A DNA stretch of 64,000 nucleotides from a virus. Lineage: Duplodnaviria > Heunggongvirae > Uroviricota > Caudoviricetes. Under the pieces are notes generated by a model. It was not told where the DNA came from. It did not search any database and saw nothing but the letters and a program-made list of their open reading frames with translations. The stretch spans positions 1 through 64,000 of IMG/VR virus record IMGVR_UViG_3300008267_000017. One strand, 5' to 3'. The first letter of the stretch is position 1; each line of letters opens with the position of its first letter. The position numbers were made by a program, and so were the translations under genes. Shown here in pieces: positions 27,197 to 35,812 of this stretch.

Positions 27197-27434
27197 TTTC
27201 CCCTTCTACTACCACTGTAACATAAATCCACAACGATAGCCCAAATAAATTAAGAATTGGGCAAAATACCCAAAACATTCCCCATAAGAATAATCCTACT
27301 GGAACATCTAATCCACATCGTAAGTCTTTCTTGAACACATTTAATTGAATGAATAACACTGTGATTGTTGTAACTACATACCAAGCTATAGCCCAAGGAT
27401 TGTTAAATAATTCTAGCATATCAATCCTCCTCAA
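27186..27434 (-). CDS. small membrane protein (2 TM)
   Basis: Hydrophobic helices. Confidence 0.4.
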   Translation of the reverse strand: MRRIDMLELFNNPWAIAWYVVTTITVLFIQLNVFKKDLRCGLDVPVGLFLWGMFWVFCPILNLFGLSLWIYVTVVVEGESDD

Positions 27435-27738
27435 TTTCCAAAGCTAACGGAGCTAAAATTGTCTCAGCCCATTCTTTACGAGTCATTCCTTGTTCGTAGA
27501 ATGTTGTGCTAATGTAAGTATGCTCCTCTGCCTTGTCAGAACCATCTGAGAGGTTACTCATGATATTTCGCTTAATAGCCTCTGTTAGTACAATGTAATC
27601 ATCTTCATTGTACTTTGTATTGCGTAATAATGGGTAGTAATACCACCCTGTAATGTATCCGATACGGTTACACAAGTATTTATACTCTTCATTTACGTTT
27701 ACAGCTTCCATCAATAAATCTACGTGTTTCTGTGTCAT
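27421..27738 (-). CDS. hypothetical protein
   Basis: ORF. A promoter lies just upstream. Confidence 0.45.
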   Translation of the reverse strand: MTQKHVDLLMEAVNVNEEYKYLCNRIGYITGWYYYPLLRNTKYNEDDYIVLTEAIKRNIMSNLSDGSDKAEEHTYISTTFYEQGMTRKEWAETILAPLALEIEED

Positions 27739-27761
27739 TTGTTTTCTCCTTTAATTTGTTA

Positions 27762-27790
27762 AGACAAGCGTATGTTATGATAGATTGGAA
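27762..27790 (-). promoter_or_regulatory. sigma70-like promoter TTGACAGCTC-17-TAACAT
   Basis: Reverse complement of 27785-27790 (-35) and 27762-27767 (-10). Confidence 0.4.
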
Positions 27791-27800
27791 GAGCTGTCAA

Positions 27801-27832
27801 GCTTTTTACCATAAAAGAAAGGAGGCTTTCGC
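27801..27832 (-). terminator. rho-independent terminator (GGAGGC GAAA GCCUCC UUUCUUUUAU)
   Basis: 6-bp GC stem with a GNRA loop and a U-tract on the minus strand, directly after the stop of 27843-28235. Confidence 0.7.
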
Positions 27833-27842
27833 CTCCCTCCTG

Positions 27843-28235
27843 TTACAAACTATTAGCTAAGGCTTGCAACTCTTCCAACGAAGCCTCAGACAACTTCTCA
27901 TCTTGCTTTTCAGCAATTAATGAAAGAATCTTCTGTTTCTTAGCAGCATTTTCAGCCAACAACTTAGCAGCATCACGTTCTGACACTTTAACATCAATAA
28001 TGTGCTTCACAATATCAAACTTCTGTTGTGATACAGTGTTGTCATTCACAGATGGTGTTACGAAAGAGATAGTCTCTTCTTTCAGTTGGGAATGCAACTC
28101 CTTAGCAATAGCATCCAAGCTTGCAGAACGAGCTGATGTGAGTGGAAGGTTCCACAAGTCTTCTACAGACAATGCACCTACTTGAGAGTTGAAACGATAT
28201 TGCTTACGTGTTGCCAGTTCAAATAAATTAGACAT
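27843..28235 (-). CDS. hypothetical coiled-coil protein
   Basis: ORF followed by a terminator. Confidence 0.45.
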   Translation of the reverse strand: MSNLFELATRKQYRFNSQVGALSVEDLWNLPLTSARSASLDAIAKELHSQLKEETISFVTPSVNDNTVSQQKFDIVKHIIDVKVSERDAAKLLAENAAKKQKILSLIAEKQDEKLSEASLEELQALANSL

Positions 28236-28249
28236 ATAATTCTCCTTAA

Positions 28250-30316
28250 TTAAAATACAATTTTCAATACACGAGTGAAAGAGCCATTAACACGGCACAC
28301 AACACTATTCTTTTGGGTACTACTAAATCCTACACCAGATAGTTGAGCTTCAGCTATACCTGTCTTAAGCTTACTACCGACCATCTCCAACACTTTACGA
28401 TGCTTATCAAGCTCTGGAGACAAGAACTCGTTATAGAAGCCACGAGCTACATCTTCATTATTACATCCTTCTAGCATAAAGAAGTAATGTTTGTTCCCAA
28501 CTTCTTGCTCATCCCAGAAGTTAGGAGACAACATAATGGATTTTACAGGAACAAACTTGTTTGTGTCAACATCCCAGATTGTTTTAGAAGCACTTTCTGG
28601 TTTCAAATGATGTTCAATAGTGAAAACACCATTCTTCAAAATAACTTCAGCAACTGTAACCCATTCTTTATCTTTTAATGGTTTATCGTATTCATATTCG
28701 TACACAACACCACCAAATTCAATCTCAGCTTTAAAACCTCCTTGCGTTGGGGAGCGGAAACGCCAATTATGAATTTTACAAATATACTTACCTTCAGGCA
28801 TACGGCTGATATCTGGGAAAGTGATATTCTCTACAGGGACATATCCAGCAGGGGCTTCACTAGTGAAGTCAACATCTTGGACACCTCCAGAACTAGTGTG
28901 CTGACGTTTATTCCAACCTACACGTTCATTATTACCATAGTTATCATGAATACCATTCTCAGGAGTATTCTTATTAGCTGGCATAAACACATGTAAATCC
29001 ATTAATGAGCAATTACGCTTGTCGTAGTTCCAAGTATGGGAGAAACGGAATGCTCCAGAGACACTACCTCCACGAGCCACAACTTGCTTACGTAAATCAG
29101 AGTCTGCAAAGTCCCCTGTATAGCTCCACGAGAATTTATTATTCCATTTAAACATATTTGGAGCTGTCACATCAACAGGAGCAATTAAGCTGACAAAGTT
29201 ATTCTTGTGGGAGTTCTCTAACATCAATTCTACTGACGTTGCAGTAGGAAGTACGTCCTTTAAAAACTTCTCAATGGAGATTTCTTCTACACCAGACATT
29301 TCCTTCTGTTTTGTCTTAGCTGTAGGCTTCAAGTCATCCAGAATAGAACCTGTTAATTGTTTCTTCACAGCACGATTGGCAAACAATACATTACTGATAG
29401 AAATATCATCTAATGTAGCATATCGACGTTCTAAAGCAGATGTGTATCCAAGAGCTTCAATTGTTTCTTTAGCATTATCAATCATCTTCTGTGTTACAAG
29501 AGCTGTAGGGCGTTTGTAGTTAGCTGGAGCTACTTTCTGTTCAAATGATTTAACAGCTTTTTCTAAATCTTCCCCATCAGAGAGGTCTGTAAGCAAGCTA
29601 CCAATCACTGTGTTACGAATACGACCTGCATGAGCACTACCATCAATATATTGCCATACGAACAGCTCTTTATTCTCAGCTTTATCAAATTCAGCTTTAA
29701 GCTTCTTGAATGACACAACATTAGCCTTGTGTTCTTCTCCCCGATATAAGCTATTCTGTGCAATCAGTTCTAACACAGTGTCAATCGCATCAACAGTGAT
29801 TTCTTTCAAGCCTCGTAGTGTGACATCATAAGCAGCTTTAGCTTCACCTTGCAATGTACCAATTCTATCTTTGTTGAATACAAATTTAGTAGGAAGATTT
29901 ACATAGAAATGCTCCCATGTTGTAGCGCCAGATACTGTGGCTTCAAAGTTCTTGTCTGTTCCAACATGGTTTTCATAATGCATAAACTTATTGCTGACAG
30001 CCTTAGACTTTACAAGAGCTGACAAAGCATCTGCAACAACTTGGTAAGCTGGCTCACTAGGGATAGAGATGTCCCAGATAGAGACAAGCTTGTTATCTAC
30101 AATGGTGACAACATTCCCCATGTTACGGATGAATTGTTTGCAGCAAGAGCAATCATGCTCTGTACGCTCACGGAATATAGGGTTACTACCTTGTGGGAAT
30201 GCTTGCAAGTAGGTTTCATTCAGGTCAACACCCTCTACGTTGACAGTGAACAAGCCTGTAGCTTGCATAGCTTGGAATTGTTTTTGTACAGCTTGTTTAA
30301 AAGTAATAAAGTTCAT
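28250..30316 (-). CDS. large hypothetical protein (688 aa), function not recognised
   Basis: Long ORF with an AAGGAGAGAATATG RBS and an upstream promoter. N-terminal HDCSCCKQF cluster. No confident motif match. Confidence 0.6.
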   Translation of the reverse strand: MNFITFKQAVQKQFQAMQATGLFTVNVEGVDLNETYLQAFPQGSNPIFRERTEHDCSCCKQFIRNMGNVVTIVDNKLVSIWDISIPSEPAYQVVADALSALVKSKAVSNKFMHYENHVGTDKNFEATVSGATTWEHFYVNLPTKFVFNKDRIGTLQGEAKAAYDVTLRGLKEITVDAIDTVLELIAQNSLYRGEEHKANVVSFKKLKAEFDKAENKELFVWQYIDGSAHAGRIRNTVIGSLLTDLSDGEDLEKAVKSFEQKVAPANYKRPTALVTQKMIDNAKETIEALGYTSALERRYATLDDISISNVLFANRAVKKQLTGSILDDLKPTAKTKQKEMSGVEEISIEKFLKDVLPTATSVELMLENSHKNNFVSLIAPVDVTAPNMFKWNNKFSWSYTGDFADSDLRKQVVARGGSVSGAFRFSHTWNYDKRNCSLMDLHVFMPANKNTPENGIHDNYGNNERVGWNKRQHTSSGGVQDVDFTSEAPAGYVPVENITFPDISRMPEGKYICKIHNWRFRSPTQGGFKAEIEFGGVVYEYEYDKPLKDKEWVTVAEVILKNGVFTIEHHLKPESASKTIWDVDTNKFVPVKSIMLSPNFWDEQEVGNKHYFFMLEGCNNEDVARGFYNEFLSPELDKHRKVLEMVGSKLKTGIAEAQLSGVGFSSTQKNSVVCRVNGSFTRVLKIVF

Positions 30317-30366
30317 ATTCTCTCCTTGTGTTGTTTAGAAAATGCGTTTGTGAAGCGCATGTACGA

Positions 30367-30395
30367 ATATTAAATGAAGTTTTATTGTGTGTCAA
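30367..30395 (-). promoter_or_regulatory. sigma70-like promoter TTGACA-17-TAATAT
   Basis: Reverse complement of 30390-30395 (-35) and 30367-30372 (-10). Confidence 0.4.
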
Positions 30396-30402
30396 GCTTT
30401 AT

Positions 30403-31668
30403 TTAAGCTAATTCCTTATAATCTTTCCCATCAATTGTAACAGTAACAGGAACCATTCCTTCTGTCCTCAGATACTTCCTGTACATATTCCCCATAATCT
30501 CTTGTAGCCAATTCTTATGTGTTGTTTGCACAATAAAGCTATCATGGATGGGGAGCACCACAACATCATCCTCCACTCCAGCAGATATTATCTCTAAAGC
30601 TATCTCACTGTCAAGGTTTTGCAGCTTATATGCTAAAGGCTTACTCTGCCACAATATCACTTGTAATGGAAGGAATGAATAGGCTTCCTCAATCTTAGAT
30701 AGTAACACACTACCACTTCTGATTGTACACTCTCTGTTTTTTAGGTTCAAGTATTGCTGTATTGCTGAACAAGCTATATGTCTCTTAGAATTATTAAGGA
30801 GAATATTGAAAGCTCTCTTCACAGCTTCCCTGTTAGCATCTATCATTTGTTCTTCCTGTGTTAGAGGGAGGAGATAGGCATCAACCCCATAAGGCACTTT
30901 ATCTGTGCATAAGTACATATCAATAAGCATTCTTAAATGCAATGCACTATAATCAATCTCTACAGCAGACACACCATTTATCATGATAGACTGTCTATAG
31001 CAACTCTTAATATTCTGTATCTCAGAGCGATAGAGCCTTCCTGTAAAACCTATTTCTTGATTAAAGATACGAGTAAGGCAGCAATTAGCTTCATGCACTA
31101 TATTGTCCTTGTCAGAGTAGGTTATGTGTTGATCTGCTATGTATTGGTTGTATGTTGTCAAACTATCTCTAGTATATCTTGTAACATCACATTCCTTGTA
31201 GTCTACCATATTCTTATCCTTGTCTTTTAAAACAACTCTTTGTGTATCAACAACAATTGTCTTCTTACTATCTATAGCATTACTACCTGTAGAGAACATA
31301 TTCATTAGGAGGTCTGTAGCAACAAAAGAGCTAGAGATAGCTTCATGGTCGTAATAGCCATAATCCCTAGGAGAGATGTTGTTTACTATGTACCCTTCTT
31401 TCTCTAGAAATTCTAATGCTTTAATTATTCCATATACACTCAATTGTTTAGGATTATATTTCTTAGGCAGTACACTCTGACTCTTGCTTCTGGAATAAAA
31501 TATATTCTTTCCTTTGTTAGCTAGGACATTAACAACAATAACCCCTATCTCTTTCTTCCACTTACAATTCATCCATCTTACTTTACCCACTATAGCTCTA
31601 GGTACTTTAACACTAAGAGAGATGAATACACCACTCCTATCTATAATACTATCATCTTCCATAAACAC
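30403..31668 (-). CDS. compact family-A polymerase-like protein: palm motifs A (EIDYSALHLRM), B-like (REAVKRAFNILL) and C (LPIHDSF), with a novel 175-aa N-domain and no exonuclease domain
   Basis: DYSALHLRM matches Pol I motif A DYSQIELR. Motif C is HDS, as in T7 RNAP (HDSFG), not the HDE of DNA polymerases. A to C spacing is 137 aa. Confidence 0.5.
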   Translation of the reverse strand: MFMEDDSIIDRSGVFISLSVKVPRAIVGKVRWMNCKWKKEIGVIVVNVLANKGKNIFYSRSKSQSVLPKKYNPKQLSVYGIIKALEFLEKEGYIVNNISPRDYGYYDHEAISSSFVATDLLMNMFSTGSNAIDSKKTIVVDTQRVVLKDKDKNMVDYKECDVTRYTRDSLTTYNQYIADQHITYSDKDNIVHEANCCLTRIFNQEIGFTGRLYRSEIQNIKSCYRQSIMINGVSAVEIDYSALHLRMLIDMYLCTDKVPYGVDAYLLPLTQEEQMIDANREAVKRAFNILLNNSKRHIACSAIQQYLNLKNRECTIRSGSVLLSKIEEAYSFLPLQVILWQSKPLAYKLQNLDSEIALEIISAGVEDDVVVLPIHDSFIVQTTHKNWLQEIMGNMYRKYLRTEGMVPVTVTIDGKDYKELA

Positions 31669-31765
31669 TCCTCCATACTACTTACTTATTGATACCCCTA
31701 TAAAGGGAAAGAATAATGCTGAAACCCAATACCAGCTTAGGTTTCAAGCCATTTTAGTTAAGTAA

Positions 31766-31981
31766 TTAGCTCTCGCTCCACTCCAGCTTCAACAAATACT
31801 TATTCCCTTCAGCCTTCTTATACGAAACCCAAATATCTTCACTTATCAAATAACTAACAACATCATCTAACGTGTATGGTTGTTCACAAGTTATCGTTCT
31901 GATAAGTGAACTGTGGAATAAGTTACGGGCACAAGCCACTTCATACAAGAGGTTTGCTACGATTGTTTCTGATTCTGTCAT
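31766..31981 (-). CDS. hypothetical protein
   Basis: ORF. Confidence 0.4.
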   Translation of the reverse strand: MTESETIVANLLYEVACARNLFHSSLIRTITCEQPYTLDDVVSYLISEDIWVSYKKAEGNKYLLKLEWSES

Positions 31982-31990
31982 ACGTTCTCC

Positions 31991-32176
31991 TTACGGTTGA
32001 ATATCAACAAACTTATTACCAGTTGCCGCACCTGTAAACTCTGTGTATGCGATATTACCATCATCTTTAAGAGTTACACTGTACTCATCGTTCAAGCCAA
32101 GTTCAGCGTCTCCGAGTCCATCTGCAATGAGTTTATCACATAGTCGCTTTAAGTCATTTATTGTTGCATAATTCAT
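31991..32176 (-). CDS. hypothetical acidic protein
   Basis: ORF. Confidence 0.4.
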   Translation of the reverse strand: MNYATINDLKRLCDKLIADGLGDAELGLNDEYSVTLKDDGNIAYTEFTGAATGNKFVDIQP

Positions 32177-32334
32177 TTCACACTCCCTTCCACAACAGCA
32201 AGCACACGGTTTGTATTGACAGCCTTCTTAATACGATTAATCTCCATATCAATATCATCAACAGCCTCTGGAGAGTCATCTAGTAATTTACCTAATGTGC
32301 CATCTAGTTTTCGATAGTAGTAATGTACGTTCAT
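32176..32334 (-). CDS. small protein (52 aa)
   Basis: ATGA overlap on both sides. Confidence 0.3.
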
Positions 32335-33146
32335 TTAGTTCCCTTTCCTACATTTTGGTTGCGAGCACTCACTTTACTCTTTGATAGGGTAAACGGGGTT
32401 TCAATAATATTCTTTAAGAACATTCCATCAATATCATCTACACAGTGATTTAATACAACACTGCGTTTGAAATGTGTATCACCTTTGTGAAATTTAAGAA
32501 GCTCTTCTGGAATCTTGCTTACAACTTCATTCTTGAAGCTGAATGTACCGTATTTAAAGAACTCTGGCAAATCTTCCCAAGAATTACCAGCTTCATGTAG
32601 CATTTGTATCTTTTGTTCACTATTTTTGTGCATGATAGCTTTATGTCCAAATACAGTGTGAGCTGCCATAGAGATAGAGTTCTTTTTAGCGTCAAGCCAG
32701 CGCCATTTGAGAACATTCTCTACGTCTTCCAAATCTGGTACATTGAATACACGACAATCGAAGAAAGCTAATATATCTGACTTCTCTGTGATAGTTGTAC
32801 TAAGTTCTTTGTTAAATTTAGCTGTTGCCATACTTGCAAGTACAGATGAAAGCTTCTGAACCCTGCCTCCGAACAATGTTTGTTGATGTGGTGCAGTGAT
32901 GTAATAAATCAATGTAATCTCATCACTCTGGGTGTACCCGATCTTGGCATCAGTTTTCTCCACTAAATAATTCATGGTGTCAATCATTACATCTGAAAGA
33001 CGTTTATCAAATGGACGTGCCAACCCTTTGCAAAACGTGTGAAAAGCCTTGCCATCAAGTCGAACACATATTGGATTCTTTTCATCTAAGTGTTGCTCAG
33101 AGTCTTTTTCATAAGCTTTGATAACATCCCCTAATTTGTCGTTCAT
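32331..33146 (-). CDS. Thg1-like protein (tRNA-His guanylyltransferase family 3'-5' nucleotidyltransferase)
   Basis: ICVRLDGKAFHTF matches Thg1 VVRLDGRNFHRF. IGYTQSDEITLIY matches IAYGQSDEYSFVF, which carries the catalytic carboxylates. Confidence 0.8.
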   Translation of the reverse strand: MNDKLGDVIKAYEKDSEQHLDEKNPICVRLDGKAFHTFCKGLARPFDKRLSDVMIDTMNYLVEKTDAKIGYTQSDEITLIYYITAPHQQTLFGGRVQKLSSVLASMATAKFNKELSTTITEKSDILAFFDCRVFNVPDLEDVENVLKWRWLDAKKNSISMAAHTVFGHKAIMHKNSEQKIQMLHEAGNSWEDLPEFFKYGTFSFKNEVVSKIPEELLKFHKGDTHFKRSVVLNHCVDDIDGMFLKNIIETPFTLSKSKVSARNQNVGKGTK

Positions 33147-33285
33147 TGTTTCCTCCTAAGTTGTTTGTCACATCGACAGGCAACACTCTACACAACAAAA
33201 TTATCCTTGTCAAGATAATTCTCCATAAAATAAAAGCCCTCGCACATTTCTGTGAAAGGGCTTCAACTTCGTTAGAAGTTATTTC

Positions 33286-33840
33286 TTATTGTTTACAAAT
33301 AGTGGCAGACAAGCTATCTCTGGTATAACGAGTAATATCACATTCTTTATACCCTACAGTATTCTTACTGTCATCCTTTAACACAACCCTCTGTGTATCA
33401 ACCACTACTGTCTGTTTACTGTTGATAACATTTCTACCTATAGAGAATAAGTCAATTAGTTTATCTGTTGCTATAAAGCTACTTGACATAGCTTCATGGT
33501 CATACCAACCAAAGTCTCTAGGTGCTATGTTATTGATGACATATCCTTCAGCTTCTAAATACTCTAGAGCTTTGATTATCCCCCTGTTTGTTATTCCTTT
33601 AGGATTATATTGCTTTGGTAACATAGCTTCTGCTGTATCTCTATTGTAGAATATATTCTTTCCTTTATGAGCTAGTACATTAACGACAATAACACCTATC
33701 TCTTGCTTATATCTACAATTCATATACCTTACTTTGCTACTAACTCCTCTAGGTACTTTAACACTGAGAGAGATGAATACACCACTCATGTCTATTACAT
33801 CTATATCCATATCTAATCTCCTTATCCTATTCAATGACAC
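33286..33840 (-). CDS. truncated paralog (N-domain only, 184 aa) of the polymerase-like gene at 30403-31668
   Basis: More than 60 % amino-acid identity over about 170 aa (SGVFISLSVKVPR...GVIVVNVL..KGKNIFY...TVVVDTQRVVLKD). The DNA is about 70 % identical, including the flanking upstream sequence. Confidence 0.5.
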   Translation of the reverse strand: MSLNRIRRLDMDIDVIDMSGVFISLSVKVPRGVSSKVRYMNCRYKQEIGVIVVNVLAHKGKNIFYNRDTAEAMLPKQYNPKGITNRGIIKALEYLEAEGYVINNIAPRDFGWYDHEAMSSSFIATDKLIDLFSIGRNVINSKQTVVVDTQRVVLKDDSKNTVGYKECDITRYTRDSLSATICKQ

Positions 33841-33946
33841 CCCTTATAGTTCCTTATTAGATACTACCCCTATAATAAGCAGAAATTGCAGTGCAAATGC
33901 CTTGAAAGCCTTTACCAGTATAGCTTTCAGCGATATTCTACATAAT

Positions 33947-34174
33947 TTATTTCCAGTGTTTAGGCCGAAACACCCACTCTCCATTGTGCTTGTGAGTTGC
34001 CAGTTCAACATGCAGTCCATTAAACTTAGTTCCAAATGTCATTTTACGACCTCTGACACTCCACACAACAATTTCACCCTTCTTAGAAACCAGTGTCATG
34101 TGATCGTCTGAGCTACTTACCACTTCCCCTGTGAGTGAGTTCACAACTCTGTATTTGAATCCTGCATTAGTCAT
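33947..34174 (-). CDS. hypothetical protein, paralog of 26906-27196
   Basis: See 26906-27196. Confidence 0.45.
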   Translation of the reverse strand: MTNAGFKYRVVNSLTGEVVSSSDDHMTLVSKKGEIVVWSVRGRKMTFGTKFNGLHVELATHKHNGEWVFRPKHWK

Positions 34175-34270
34175 ATACGCTCCATAAATGTGTTTGTCGA
34201 ATCGACAGAACGAATATTAAAGGAATCGAAGATAAATGTCAACACAACCCTCTAAGATATTTGAAATCTA

Positions 34271-34299
34271 TTGACAAAACCTCAATAATATGTTATAAT
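34271..34299 (+). promoter_or_regulatory. consensus sigma70 promoter TTGACA-17-TATAAT
   Basis: -35 at 34271-34276, -10 at 34294-34299, both perfect hexamers. Drives the only plus-strand gene in this arm. Confidence 0.55.
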
Positions 34300-34325
34300 A
34301 GACATCTTTAAAAAGGAAAAATAAA

Positions 34326-34991
34326 ATGGACTTGCAGACACAATCAGTTTGGGGCTTAAACAACCAAGAAGAAATTGTAGTAAAGTTGGGCACTGGTGGA
34401 GACTCTGTTGTTGGAGTCCTTCCTACTAATCAGATACCTGTTGATGCAGATGGTAAACTCGTGCTAAGAATACCAGAACTGGACTCAATAGGTTCTAGCC
34501 CTCTCAGTACAGGGTTCTTCGACTATAACGACAGTGCTACAGCCATAACACCTATTAGTGTGTTGGCGAATACATGGACTAAACTAACTAACAATGGTTT
34601 GGGAGCATTTACTAACAAGACGTATAAACCCGCTGGTGTGGCTGAAGTATGGAATACTACAACGAATAGGTTCGAGTGGGGAGACTTGGTACTTGGTGAC
34701 ACGTTAGATATTAGGGCTGATATTGATATAATTACATCTGTTCCAAACCAAATAGTTAATTTGGCGGTATTCAATGCAGTGGGAACTGCAGGAGAGTATG
34801 AAATTGACCTAATGCCTGAGACAACCTATAAAACTGTGGGTATTAAGAAGATCATTACATATATTGGTATCTATATGGGTGATACCAATACGTTGAACAA
34901 CCCTTCAGAGATACGGATTAGGAGTGACGCAGCTTGCTCAGTTAAAGTCAATGGGTGGTATGTGAGGTTGTTATTAGTGGGACAGCACTAA
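34326..34991 (+). CDS. plus-strand gene inside a minus-strand arm, with its own consensus promoter and terminator; Thr/Asn/Gly-rich protein of unknown function
   Basis: AAAAGGAAAAATAAAATG RBS. Flanked by the perfect promoter and a bidirectional terminator. Confidence 0.55.
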   Translation: MDLQTQSVWGLNNQEEIVVKLGTGGDSVVGVLPTNQIPVDADGKLVLRIPELDSIGSSPLSTGFFDYNDSATAITPISVLANTWTKLTNNGLGAFTNKTYKPAGVAEVWNTTTNRFEWGDLVLGDTLDIRADIDIITSVPNQIVNLAVFNAVGTAGEYEIDLMPETTYKTVGIKKIITYIGIYMGDTNTLNNPSEIRIRSDAACSVKVNGWYVRLLLVGQH

Positions 34992-34996
34992 AAGAA

Positions 34997-35030
34997 AAGC
35001 CCCTTCCTTGCGGTTGGGGCTTTGTTGTTT
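34997..35030. terminator. bidirectional rho-independent terminator (AAGCCCC, 12-nt loop, GGGGCUU, U-tracts on both strands)
   Basis: 7-bp GC stem. UUGUUGUUU on the plus strand and UUCUUUU on the minus strand. Confidence 0.6.
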
Positions 35031-35053
35031 ACACTTCAGGTGGTGATAAGTAA

Positions 35054-35803
35054 TCAATCATAAGCTGTTTCTAAGTCTTTAAAAGCCCTAGTAGCAGGGT
35101 CGTACTGCGGTGTAAGTACTTCCCCATCAACTTTCTTCTTACGTGGCTTAGATGGCTTTTTAAGCGCCTTCTGAGCGGCTTTCTCGAGCTTTTCTACTTG
35201 CTCCTTATACCAAGCATTGCGTTGCTCAGAACGTTCCATCCAGCCTTGAGCATCCAACCAGATATTCTTTCCTAGCATCATTTCATCAAACTCTTGATCT
35301 GACAAGAATCCTGAATAGATTTCCTTGTAATATTCGTACAAGAACTTCTTGTCAAAATCACTCTTAGCATGGTACTCATTTAAGTTACCAAAACTACCAC
35401 TAGAACCGTTATGGATCAAGCTGTTAAAGTTACGAGACAGTTCAAAACTATCTGCTTGTAATAATATGTGTGTTCCTGCTGAATGCACTCCTCCAGAGGC
35501 TACGATGTGTATTGGACAAGCACATTTCTCCATAGCGTGAATGAACCCACCTGACACATCAACATTTCCACCGCAACTTTGTAAACTGATAACTACTTGA
35601 TCGCCCTCTTCAGCAGCTTCAAGGGCTTCAATACCCATTGTCACTTGCTCCATGCTAATAACAGGAGCGTGGAAGTTGATCTTGAACACACCTGTTTTAT
35701 TTGGGGTGTAGGAGACAGTGATTCGATTGTTGTCTTGGTATTCTTCTGAGAAGTTATTGCGAGCTTGTAGCTTGTTGATATTTTCTTTATAATTTGGTTT
35801 CAT
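35054..35803 (-). CDS. ClpP/S14-S49-family serine peptidase-like protein, a second copy outside the structural module
   Basis: SCGGNVDVSGGFIHAM and IVASGGVHSAGTHILL match the ClpP fold GG...S..G. Lys-rich C-terminal tail. Confidence 0.55.
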   Translation of the reverse strand: MKPNYKENINKLQARNNFSEEYQDNNRITVSYTPNKTGVFKINFHAPVISMEQVTMGIEALEAAEEGDQVVISLQSCGGNVDVSGGFIHAMEKCACPIHIVASGGVHSAGTHILLQADSFELSRNFNSLIHNGSSGSFGNLNEYHAKSDFDKKFLYEYYKEIYSGFLSDQEFDEMMLGKNIWLDAQGWMERSEQRNAWYKEQVEKLEKAAQKALKKPSKPRKKKVDGEVLTPQYDPATRAFKDLETAYD

Positions 35804-35812
35804 GTGTTCTCC

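Noticed and set aside
28250-30316. Assigning the 688-aa protein as RNA ligase, Pnkp, RtcB, NrdD or asparagine-synthetase-like
   Set aside because: I looked for KxDG, P-loop, DxDGT, glycine-radical RVxGY and SGGxDS motifs and found none convincingly (SSGGVQDVD is not a PP-loop). It is left as hypothetical.
30403-31668. T7-like single-subunit RNA polymerase call for the HDS-motif protein
   Set aside because: At 421 aa it is too short. Motif A is DNAP-type (DYS...LR) rather than the RNAP DGSCSG. I report it as a polymerase-like palm protein without committing to a substrate.
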